The notes beneath the pieces are model-generated. The model ran no database searches and was not told the DNA's origin. It saw nothing but the letters and a program-made list of their open reading frames with translations. Position numbers and translations under genes: made by a program. From positions 28,393,648 through 28,457,647 of the forward strand of contig NC_092673.1 of the NCBI RefSeq assembly GCF_964355755.1: a DNA stretch of 64,000 nucleotides. The letters run 5' to 3'. Positions 50,901 to 61,955 of the stretch are shown here, in pieces. Within the stretch, counting starts at the first letter, position 1. Each line of letters starts with the position of its first letter. The stretch is from Antedon mediterranea. Lineage: Eukaryota > Animalia > Echinodermata.

Positions 50901-52215
50901 TTTATTGTCATTTGCATAAAATAGAAATTATGTTTGCTTTGAGATTACAAAAAACAATAGTAATTCATTTTTACAAAGATTACTTGGAAATTCCCAATGC
51001 GGCGTCCCTTTTTTATATTTAATTTCAGCAAACATATTTATTGCTATAAGAAATGTTTGTCAACCACCATTTGTGTTCTCAGTTTTTGTATTACATATTT
51101 CAAAAATTTAATTTCACATTTGATGGCATTCTTCAAATACATACTTCACTTTTGAACTAATCATAATGTCTGTCAAATTAATTGATTAACATTTGTTGTT
51201 TATTTTTACTGTTGTAATCATTATCTGGCCACCCAATGAAACAAGTGGGTAGAGTGCTAACTATGCTATTTCACTTTGTGTTTCTTCAACAACAAGAAGT
51301 ATACTATTTTTTTCAAATCTATTTAATGACACTCAGTTGATTATGTAAAATAATGATACGTTATACTGTGACTGTCGCCGTGTTGTAGAGGGCACTTTTC
51401 CGGTTGATAACCATTTATAATACATACAGTTATTATAAAAATCAGTTAAGCAGTTAAAACTGCCTCAATTGAGGCAGTTTTAACTTGTTTGATTTTGCCC
51501 ATGTAGCTCTTTGATTTATATTAATATTATTATATATTTATTGTTTTTGTCAGAATTGTGTACTTTTTTGTATCAGCGATAAACAAACTATTTTTATTTT
51601 TAAGATATCTCAAAGTAATTTGACATAGTACACTAAATTTATACTTTTTACATCTTTAACAATTGATTTTATTAATCAATTTATTAATACATAAATTGAA
51701 TTAATAAACTTTGAATATTAATTAATGTATATACCTCCATATATGTCGTATTTAAAAACTTCAAAATATGTATTTTTTAAAAATCATTGAATCATAATAA
51801 TAAGTCAACAGCACATGTCAGAATGGCTGACTTTTTTTCCACTTGTCATGAGTCACTTTGTGTAAGTCTATGATCTTCTTCCTGTGCTAGGCGTCTTTGA
51901 CTTTTAGTCTCAAGAGCTTTTCAATTGGTCAGTGAATGATAAGATGATAATACAACGTACCTGTATATTTGGCCATGAAGCAATCTGTATTAATTGGAGC
52001 ACTGAACATGAAATTCCATCTTATATTGTTTTCATCACCATGGTGATATATTCATAAACTATTTAATTGGGTGAAAATTGTGTGAATTTATAATTGTATG
52101 TAAATTTGCAGACTGGACACTTTGGATAGGACATGTAGTGGCACTTACTGACAGATTTGTGTTTATTTGGTTTTTATTGTTAGATCCAACCACTGTTACC
52201 ATCTTTTGTTTTTAG
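32906..52215 (+). CDS. Putative multi-exon gene of unknown function (candidate exon chain)
   Basis: AG/GT-bounded segments 32906-33017, 35011-35138, 35632-35758, 49886-49951 and 52184-52215 (TAG) have compatible phases and read open in one frame. No recognisable domain, and the start exon is not resolved. They could instead be UTR or lncRNA exons. Confidence 0.35.
34391..34491. mobile_element. 101-bp hAT-like MITE with 5-bp TSD
   Basis: ACAGT|CAGTGGCGGATCC ... GGATCCGCTCCTG|ACAGT. Confidence 0.75.
35974..36104. mobile_element. Harbinger-type MITE, partial copy
   Basis: Degenerate left TIR and internal 21-bp units; right TIR missing. Confidence 0.75.
36574..37199. mobile_element. Kolobok-like non-autonomous DNA transposon (second full copy)
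   Basis: TTAA|AGCCCCATTCCCTAC ... GCAGGGAAGGGGTCT|TTAA; only scattered differences from 18003-18628. Confidence 0.88.
37708..37869. mobile_element. Harbinger-type MITE copy
   Basis: TGTCTACACTATGAAAC ... GTTTGATAGTGTAGACATAGCT|TTA. Confidence 0.82.
39397..39690. repeat. ~155-bp tandem duplication
   Basis: AAGTAATTTTCTATTTTTAATTTATTTAGCTTCA...CATCCTGTACAACC...ACAATGATTT occurs twice in tandem. Confidence 0.8.
41279..41336. repeat. 14-bp tandem repeat
   Basis: (GTGTCTATATCCAA) x4. Confidence 0.85.
41528..41676. repeat. ~20-bp degenerate tandem repeat
   Basis: About 7 copies of CCTATTTAAAGRGGACACA. Confidence 0.75.
42069..42545 (-). mobile_element. LINE/SINE 3' tail with four copies of a ~53-bp GC-rich module
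   Basis: Minus-strand tail TGTAAAGCACCTAGAG...GGCGCTATATAAATACTG(TTA)n at 42069-42141. Module AAACTATCCCCCGCCGGACACCATCCCGGTATTTCTGAGTCAAGGTTTCGGGG starts at about 42164, 42281, 42387 and 42493. Confidence 0.65.
43210..43373. mobile_element. Harbinger-type MITE copy
   Basis: TAA|GGCCTTTTCTATACTATCAAAC ... GTTTGATAGTGTAGAGAGTGCT|TTA. Confidence 0.85.
46150..47368. repeat. Tandem array of nine ~128-145-bp units
   Basis: Unit TAGAACMCCTATTGCGGGGACACCTTCAGGACCCAAC...GAATTGGGACCTAATGCATACCCACATATTCAGTG repeated 9 times with small indel variants. Confidence 0.93.
47473..49502. mobile_element. 2.0-kb non-autonomous TIR element with 7-bp TSD (hAT-like termini)
   Basis: ATCTTAA|TAGGTATCCCAATG ... 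CATTGGGATACCTA|ATCTTAA; no long ORF. Confidence 0.85.
50220..50462. repeat. ~90-100-bp GC-richer tandem repeat, about 2.5 copies
   Basis: GGACCTTAGGCCTYTG recurs three times and GTTGAAGAAGGCTAAA...GCCAGAGGCCTCCAG twice. Confidence 0.75.
51452..51485. repeat. Perfect 34-bp palindrome
   Basis: AGTTAAAACTGCCTCAATTGAGGCAGTTTTAACT. Confidence 0.9.
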
Positions 52216-55200
52216 TCATTTGCCTTTGATAGCGTTTATATTTTTCAACTTTGTTCCTAAAGTTGGATTGCAGGACAAAGCTTATTGATCGAAGTTGTTT
52301 ACTTGCTTTTAGTGATATAAAATTAATTTTCTTTTGCCAGTTTTGCTTCTCTGTGACGAAGATTGTTCCTGACAGAATATCATATGGAAACAATAATCCA
52401 AACATAAGATTTTGTAGATTCTGTAGAGTGTCGCTAAGTACGGCCTATTGGTTGTGACAAACAAGGTGATGTTTTGGAAAAGTTTCATCAATGTTTTCCC
52501 AAATCTGATTATATTAATAATAATAATTTATTTGGAAGCTACACTTTTGAAACAGTGGCACACTTCTTGAATGAAGTTGCGTCCAGTATATTACAGTTTA
52601 CTTGACTGAAAAGTTTTTAAAGATTCTGATTTATTTTGCAAAGTCATTTTTCTTTATTGCAACTTATTAAGAACATTTGTATGCAAAGTTTCTTATCTAG
52701 TATAAACATCAAGAATTAAAATACAGCTGTGATATTTATTTCTGTTTCTAGCCATAAAGATACAAATTGATGTTCTCTTTGTTATTGAAATGATATTGCA
52801 TTTAATTAAACTCATTTCTGAGTGTTTACAGATTGTTTCATTTGATTTTGAATGAACTTATTGGACTCAAAGTCATGGTTGTGGATCTATCTCAAAACAA
52901 CATGTGTACAGTAATTTATTCTGTTTAGTTGAACAAGTATTTTACTTTACGTTTAATCCTGATTTTAATTCATCATTTTTTTATATGTCTAAAAGGATTT
53001 GGTTTTTTTCTCAACAACATACCAAGGATTTGTAGTTTTGGATTGTGGGCTTAGAACATGAGAATGTGACTGACATTAATGTTCAAAACTGAATCAAGAA
53101 ATCCTTGTTGTCTGCAGGAATTTTTACATAATTATTAGGATTATTATTTGAAGCTTTAGTTTTATGAGAGGAAAATCAACAACAGGTGGTACTAGTATGC
53201 TAATCAACAGGTGTTACTGTAGATCCAGCTAAATCAGCTAAAAATTGGTATTTAACAGAAGCACATTTGTTGGATAAAGTGACATTCTTTGGATAATTTT
53301 CAAATGACATTCATCATTATATAATCTACTGAACCCCACGTTCCTCCATCAACTGCTTGCATTCAACGCTACAACTGTCAACTTGTGTCGTCTGCATTAT
53401 CGATTCTCAGAAAATGCTTTCTTTGTCGTAAGGCTGCATTTCCCCCAGATTAAATTCAACGCCTTATGATTGATAATCACGTTAAAGAAGACTAGCGTCT
53501 ATTATTTTGTTCATACATCCTATTTCTATATTAAGGATTTTCACTGATTTATCTGATGTAAAGACTATGACTTAGCAACCACCGTGTATGCGTGATTCGT
53601 CGGTGCACCTACACTGAAAACGTAGTACTCAGTCATTTCCTACTGTACTTGGTTGAATTAAGCGGCAGTGCTCTTCTCCTAACTGGTATATGATGACATA
53701 TTTCTATTAAGCATTTGTTTATTGTGAGTCGACCTTGGAATTTTTAATGGTTTTCGCATAATTAATGTTGTGATCTACATTGAAAACAGTTTTCAAGATG
53801 AGGATTACTAAGAGAAAAGCACAAACATTGGGACGAAACTCAGGTAGAATACTCTTTTTAACTATTATATAGTTAGTAATCTGATAAAGATTATTTAAAT
53901 TTAGTTGTTATTTTGTGCTTTCTTAAGTAGACCCTTGAATTGGAAAAATAATTGAAATTATAATGTATTCATTCATTTATTTTGTAATGTTATTGTTCAA
54001 AGAGTTGGTCTTAAACTTGTATTCTTAATCATGGAATATATCTTTATGTTTTTTTATCTGAGATGTTTTTGTTTTTGATGATAGCATCCACAATTTTCTT
54101 TCTGAAGTTTTGGCCGTATATTGATATATTGGTGACATCACAAATGCTTATTAAAATCTTGTGTTATCTTTATCTTCAAAATAGGCCAAAATTATAAATA
54201 GCCCGCTCTCTATTGCTCTTTTTATTTTGACAAGTATTTAGCTCAGTTTCTGAGCCCATTATATTTTTTCTGCAATAAAGTCTCCCTTTGTCTCCTAAAT
54301 AGGGGTTGAAACGTATAATTAACCCCTTTTTTCACATTTTAGTGACCCCTTTGTAGTGATGTCCCCTGAATAGAGGTTGGCCTCAATGCTGAAACATATA
54401 GGAGTTATTTGTTTCATATTAAAGTGTCCCCTTAATAGAAGTGCCACTAAATATTTATTTTATTCTTTTATTATTATCCAAGTGGTTCTGTTATATTGGA
54501 TTCTATCTCCTCAACCACCCATCCAGTTTGTTGAGTATTATTTATTAATATTAATGTAGAAGTCACGTGATAGGAAACAGTCTATATTGTTGTTTGTACA
54601 AATGTAATTGTTTTCCATGTTTTTGGAAATATGAAACAAAATGTTTTTCATTTAAAGTATGTTAATAGGTGTTTAATCACATTCTGCATTCTATAATGAC
54701 ATTAAGTCTACATTCCAACTTTCTCTTTACTTAATTATTAAAAAGAACTTTCCTTTTGTCTTTGCCTAAGTTGCAAAAACAACATATAATATGCCAGTGT
54801 CTCATAATATACAGACCCATGTTCATTATTTGATTTGACGAGTTTAATAATAACATAATATATTTATTTTATCTTCCTCCTTATGTGCTTTCATATTTTC
54901 TTTCCGTCTTATATCACCCGAATTCCACTATTTTCCATCTTGTCTCGTTCATTTTTTCAACAAATTATTGCTATTTGTACCTTGTTTCCGTAATAAAACT
55001 TATTGTTAACATACGGTTTTCTTACATTGCATCCCTTTTTTGGAAGGAAAACTGTTAATTGTTGTCGATTCATCTTGATTCTTTAAATACATATCCATTT
55101 TTATAAAACCTATATTAGTGTATAATTATATATTGTTATTAATTATGGCAATTATTTCTTTTTGATTATCTCTCACCGATAACATCATGCTATGTTGATC

Positions 55201-57551
55201 CATCCAGATAAATTCATCTGTTCTTCATTTTCTAATAGACACCAGCTCCTCTCCGCTTTCAACCACCAAGTTCAATACATTTTTTATTTTATATGCTGAT
55301 ATCAAATTAATCAGTTTGAAAATATTGAAACCTTGGATTGTGAACTACTTAAAGCTTTTTGTCAGGAAGTTAGAATTAATTAATGTCCTGACTTGATGAA
55401 ATATGATCCGTATTTGATTGCAATCCCCGCCCCTTCTGTCTCTACATCTCCTCCAATCCAGACATCTGACTCATGCTAATTTGTTTTGTAAGGAAAGCTG
55501 CATGCTGCCCTCTAGAGTTGGTATATTTGAAAACTTTTATTATTTTATAGTGTATAAACAATAAGACAGTAGAAAATCATAATTTTATTAAATTCAAGTT
55601 ATTCCTCCTGATAACTTCCTTTTCCTCATAACTTCTTCATAAAGATATTCCTCCTTATGTTCACTTTCCTCCTCCCTGTAGTAAGTTCCATTTCTGTTAC
55701 GCCATATCTTCACTGTCTTTTTCGGTTCCTCTTCATAATAAGTTATTCCTCCTGATAACTTCCTTTTCCTCATAACTTCTTCATAAAGATGTTCCTCCTT
55801 ATGTTCTCTTTCCTCCTCCCTGTAGTAAGTTCCATTTCTCTTATGCCATATCTTCACTGTCTTTTTCGGTTCCTCTTCATAATAAGTTATTCCTCCTGAT
55901 AACTTCCTTTTCCTCATAAAGATGTTCCTCCTTATGTTCACTTTCCTCCTCCCTGTAGTAAGTTCCATTTCTCTTATGCCATATCTTCACTGTCTTTTTC
56001 GGTTCCTCTTCATAATAAGTTATTCCTCCTGATAACTTCCTTTTCCTCATAACTTCCTCATAAAGATGTTCCTCCTTATGTTCACTTTCCTCCTCCCTGT
56101 AGTAAGTTCCATTTCTCTTATATGCCATATCTTCACTGTCTTTTTCGGTTCCTCTTCATAATAAGTTATTCCTCCTGATAACTTCCTTTTCCTCATAACT
56201 TCCTCATAAAGATGTTCCTTCTTATGTTCACTTTCCTCCTCCCTGTAGTAAGTTCCATTTCTCTTATGCCATATCTTTACTGTCTTTTTCGGTTCCTCTT
56301 CATAATGAGTTATTCCTCCTGATAACTTCCTTTTCCTCATAACTTCCTCATAAAGATGTTCCTCCTTATATTACAAGTTCTTTTTCCTCTTTCCTCCTCT
56401 CTGTAGTAAGTTCCACTTCTTCTATGCCATATCTTCACTGTCTTTTTCGGTTCCTCTTCATAATAAGTTATTCCTCCTGATAACTTCCTTTTCCTCATAA
56501 CTTCTTCATAAAGATGTTCCTCCTTATGTTCACTTTCCTCCTCCCTGTAGTAAGTTCCATTTCTGTTACGCCATATCTTCACTGTCTTTTTCGGTTCCTC
56601 TTCATAATAAGTTATTCCTCCTGATAACTTCCTTTTCCTCATAACTTCTTCATAAAGATGTTCCTCCTTATGTTCTCTTTCCTCCTCCCTGTAGTAAGTT
56701 CCATTTCTCTTATGCCATATCTTCACTGTCTTTTTCGGTTCCTCTTCATAATAAGTTATTCCTCCTGATAACTTCCTTTTCCTCATAAAGATGTTCCTCC
56801 TTATGTTCACTTTCCTCCTCCCTGTAGTAAGTTCCATTTCTCTTATGCCATATCTTCACTGTCTTTTTCGGTTCCTCTTCATAATAAGTTATTCCTCCTG
56901 ATAACTTCCTTTTCCTCATAACTTCCTCATAAAGATGTTCCTCCTTATGTTCACTTTCCTCCTCCCTGTAGTAAGTTCCATTTCTCTTATATGCCATATC
57001 TTCACTGTCTTTTTCGGTTCCTCTTCATAATAAGTTATTCCTCCTGATAACTTCCTTTTCCTCATAACTTCCTCATAAAGATGTTCCTTCTTATGTTCAC
57101 TTTCCTCCTCCCTGTAGTAAGTTCCATTTCTCTTATGCCATATCTTTACTGTCTTTTTCGGTTCCTCTTCATAATGAGTTATTCCTCCTGATAACTTCCT
57201 TTTCCTAATAACTTCCTCATAAAGATGTTCCTCCTTATATTACAAGTTCTTTTTCCTCTTTCCTCCTCTCTGTAGTAAGTTCCACTTCTTCTATGCCATA
57301 TCTTCACTGTCTTTTTCGGTTCCTCTTCATAATAAGTTATTCCTCCTGATAACTTCCTTTTCCTCATAACTTCTTCATAAAGATGTTCCTCCTTATGTTC
57401 ACTTTCCTCCTCCCTGTAGTAAGTTCCATTTCTCTTACGCCATATCTCCACTGTCTTTTTCGGTTCCTCTTCATAATAAGTTATTCCTCCTGATAACTTC
57501 CTTTTCCTCATAAAGATGTTCCTCCTTATGTTCACTTTCCTCCTCCCTGTT

Positions 57552-57726
57552 CAGGGAAAAATTTCATAAAAAAAATTTGTTTAGCAATATTGCTAATCAA
57601 ACTGATTTTTAAGTCGAGAAACATAGTTTTGTATTGTATTTTTTGCTACACAATTTTTAAAATGTGTAGCAATAAGGTTTTTTTGTATAGCTTTTTGCTA
57701 TGCTACACTGGCGAAACTGTTCCCTG
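57552..57726. mobile_element. 175-bp TIR element inserted in the satellite
   Basis: CAGGGAAAAATTTC ... GAAACTGTTCCCTG; imperfect 5-bp TSD CTGTT/CTGTA. Confidence 0.75.
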
Positions 57727-60700
57727 CTGTAGTAAGTTCCATTTCTCTTCTGCCATATCTTCACTGTCTTTTTCGGTTCCTCTTCATAATAAGTTATTCC
57801 TCCTGATAACTTCCTTTTCCTCATAACTTCCTCATAAAGATGTTCCTCCTTATGTTCACTTTCCTCCTCCCTGTAGTAAGTTCCATTTCTCTTATATGCC
57901 ATATCTTCACTGTCTTTTTCGGTTCCTCTTCATAATAAGTTAATCCTCCTGATAACTTCCTTTTCCTCATAACTTCCTCATAAAGATGTTCCTCCTTATG
58001 TTCACTTTCCTCCTCCCTGTAGTAAGTTCCATTTCTCTTACGCCATATTTTCACTGTCTTTTTCAGTTCCTCTTCATAATAAGTTATTCCTCCTGATAAC
58101 TTCCTTTTCCTCATAACTTCTTCATAAAGATGTTCCTCCTTATGTTCACTTTCCTCCTCCCTGTAGTAAGTTCCATTTCTGTTATGCCATATCTTTACTG
58201 TCTTTTTCGGTTCCTCTTCATAATAAGTTTTTCCTCCTGATAACTTCCTTTTCCTCATAACTTCCTCATAAAGATGTTCCTCCTTATATTACAAGTTCTT
58301 TTTCCTCTTTCCTCCTCCCTGTAGTAAGTTCCACTTCTTTTATGCCATATCTTCACTGTCTTTTTTGGTTCCTCTTCATAATAAGTTTTTCCTCCTGATA
58401 ACTTCCTTTTCCTCATAACTTCCTCATAAAGATGTTCCTCCTTATATTACAAGTTCTTTTTCCTCTTTCCTCCTCCCTGTAGTAAGTTCCACTTCTTTTA
58501 TGCCATATCTTCACTGTCTTTTTCGGTTCCTCTTCATAATAAGTTATTCCTCCTGATAACTTCCTTTTCCTCATAACTTCTTCATAAAGATGTTCCTCCT
58601 TATGTTCACTTTCCTCCTCCCTGTAGTAAGTTCCATTTCTCTTACGCCATATCTTCACTGTCTTTTTTGGTTCCTCTTCATAATAAGTTATTCCTCCTGA
58701 TAACTTCCTTTTCCTCATAACTTCTTCATAAAGATGTTCCTCCTTATGTTCACTTTCCTTCTCCCTGTAGTAAGTTCCATTTCTCTTATGCCATATATTC
58801 ACTGTCTTTTTCGGTTCCTCTTCATAATAAGTTATTCCTCCTGATAACTTCCTTTTCCTCATAACTTCCTCATAAAGATGTTCCTCCTTATGTTCACTTT
58901 CCTCCTCCCTGTAGTAAGTTCCATTTCTCTTACGCCATATCTTCACTGTCTTTTTCGGTTCCTCTTCATAATAAGTTATTCCTCCTGATAACTTCCTCAT
59001 AAAGATGTTCCTCCTTATATTCCAAGTTCTTTTTCCTCTTTCCTCCTCCCTGTAGTAAGTTCCACTTCTTCTATGCCATATCTTCACTGTCTTTTTCGGT
59101 TCCTCTTCATAATAAGTTATTCCTCCTGATAACTTCCTTTTCCTCATAACTTCTTCATAAAGATGTTCCTCCTTATGTTCTTGTTCCTCCTCCCTGTAGT
59201 AAGTTCCATTTCTCTTATGCCATATCTTCACTGTCTTTTTCGGTTCCTCTTCATAATAAGTTATTCCTCCTGATAACTTCCTTTTCCTCATAACTTCTTC
59301 ATAAAGATGTTCCTCCTTATGTTCACTTTCCTCCTCCCTGTAGTAAGTTCCATTTCTTTTATGCCATATCTTCACTGTTTTTTTCGGTTCCTCTTCATAA
59401 TAAGTTATTCCTCCTGATAACTTCCTTTTCCTCATAACTTCTTCATAAAGATGTTCCTTCTTATGTTCACTTTCCTCCTCCCTGTAGTAAGTTCCATTTC
59501 TCTTATGCCATATCTTCACTATTTTTTCGGTTCCTCTTCATAATAAGTTATTCCTCCTGATAACTTCCTTTTCCTCATAACTTCTTCATAAAGAAGTTTT
59601 TCCTTATGTTCACTTTCCTCCTCCCTGTAGTAAATTCCATTTCTGTTAGGCCATATCTTCACTGTCTTTTTCGGTTCCTCTTCATAATAAGTTATTCCTC
59701 CTGATAACTTCCTTTTCCTCATAACTTCTTCATAAAGATGTTCCTCCTTATGTTCACTTTCCTCCTCCCTGTAGTAAGTTCCATTTCTGTTACGCCATAT
59801 CTTTACTGTCTTTTTTGGTTCCTCTTCATAATAAGTTATTCCTCCTGATAACTTCCTTTTCCTCATAAAGATGTTCCTCCTTATGTTCGCTTTCCTCCTC
59901 CTCCCTGTAATAGTAAGTTCCCTTTCTCTTATGCCATATCTTCACTGTCTTTTTCGGTTCCTCTTCATAATAAGTTATTCCTCCTGATAACTTCCTTTTC
60001 CTCATAACTTCCTCATAAAGATGTTCCTCCTTATGTTCACTTTCCTCCTCCCTGTAGTAAGTTCCATTTCTCTTATATGCCATATCTTCACTGTCTTTTT
60101 CGGTTCCTCTTCATAATAAGTTATTCCTCCTGATAACTTCCTTTTCCTCATAACTTCCTCATAAAGATGTTCCTTCTTATGTTCACTTTCCTCCTCCCTG
60201 TAGTAAGTTCCATTTCTCTTATGCCATATCTTTACTGTCTTTTTCGGTTCCTCTTCATAATAAGTTATTCCTCCTGATAACTTCCTTTTCCTCATAACTT
60301 TCTCATAAAGATGTTCCTCCTTATGTTCACTTTCCTCCTCCCTGTAGTAAGTTCCATTTATCTTATGCCATATCTTCACTGTCTTTTTCGGTTCCTCTTC
60401 ATAATAAGTTATTCCTCCTGATAACTTCCTTTTCCTCATAACTTCCTCATAAAGATGTTCCTCCTTATGTTCACTTTCCTCCTCCCTGTAGTAAGTTCCA
60501 TTTCTCTTTTGCCATATCTTCACTGTCTTTTTCGGTTCCTCTTCATAATAAGTTATTCCTCCTGATAACTTCCTCTTCCTCATAACTTCCTCATAAAGAT
60601 GTTCCTCCTTATGTTCACTTTCCTCCTCCCTGTAGTAAGTTCCATTTCTCTTACGCCATATCTTCACTGTCTTTTTCGGTTCCTCTTCATAATAAGTTAT

Positions 60701-61780
60701 TCCTCCTGATAACTTCCTTTTGCTCATAACTTCTTCATAAAGATGTTCCTCCTTATGTTCACTTTCCTCCTCCCTGTAGTAAGTTCCATTTCTGTTACGC
60801 CATATCTTTACTGTCTTTTTCGGTTCCTCTTCATAATAAGTTATTCCTCCTGATAACTTCCTTTTCCTCATAACTTCTTCATAAAGATGTTCCTCCTTAT
60901 GTTCTCTTTCCTCCTCCCTGTAGTAAGTTCCATTTCTCTTATGCCATATCTTCACTGTCTTTTTCGGTTCCTCTTCATAATAAGTTATTCCTCCTGATAA
61001 CTTCCTTTTCCTCATAAAGATGTTCCTCCTTATGTTCACTTTCCTCCTCCCTGTAGTAAGTTCCATTTCTCTTATGCCATATCTTCACTGTCTTTTTCGG
61101 TTCCTCTTCATAATAAGTTATTCCTCCTGATAACTTCCTTTTCCTCATAACTTCCTCATAAAGATGTTCCTCCTTATGTTCACTTTCCTCCTCCCTGTAG
61201 TAAGTTCCATTTCTCTTATATGCCATATCTTCACTGTCTTTTTCGGTTCCTCTTCATAATAAGTTATTCCTCCTGATAACTTCCTTTTCCTCATAACTTC
61301 CTCATAAAGATGTTCCTTCTTATGTTCACTTTCCTCCTCCCTGTAGTAAGTTCCATTTCTCTTATGCCATATCTTTACTGTCTTTTTCGGTTCCTCTTCA
61401 TAATGAGTTATTCCTCCTGATAACTTCCTTTTCCTCATAACTTCCTCATAAAGATGTTCCTCCTTATATTACAAGTTCTTTTTCCTCTTTCCTCCTCTCT
61501 GTAGTAAGTTCCACTTCTTCTATGCCATATCTTCACTGTCTTTTTCGGTTCCTCTTCATAATAAGTTATTCCTCCTGATAACTTCCTTTTCCTCATAACT
61601 TCTTCATAAAGATGTTCCTCCTTATGTTCACTTTCCTCCTCCCTGTAGTAAGTTCCATTTCTCTTACGCCATATCTCCACTGTCTTTTTCGGTTCCTCTT
61701 CATAATAAGTTATTCCTCCTGATAACTTCCTTTTCCTCATAAAGATGTTCCTCCTTATGTTCACTTTCCTCCTCCCTGTT

Positions 61781-61955
61781 CAGGGAAAAATTTCATAAAA
61801 AAAATTTGTTTAGCAATATTGCTAATCAAACTGATTTTTAAGTCGAGAAACATAGTTTTGTATTGTATTTTTTGCTACACAATTTTTAAAATGTGTAGCA
61901 ATAAGGTTTTTTTGTATAGCTTTTTGCTATGCTACACTGGCGAAACTGTTCCCTG
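61781..61955. mobile_element. Duplicate of the 175-bp TIR element, copied with the 4229-bp block
   Basis: Same sequence and same insertion point as 57552-57726. Confidence 0.75.
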
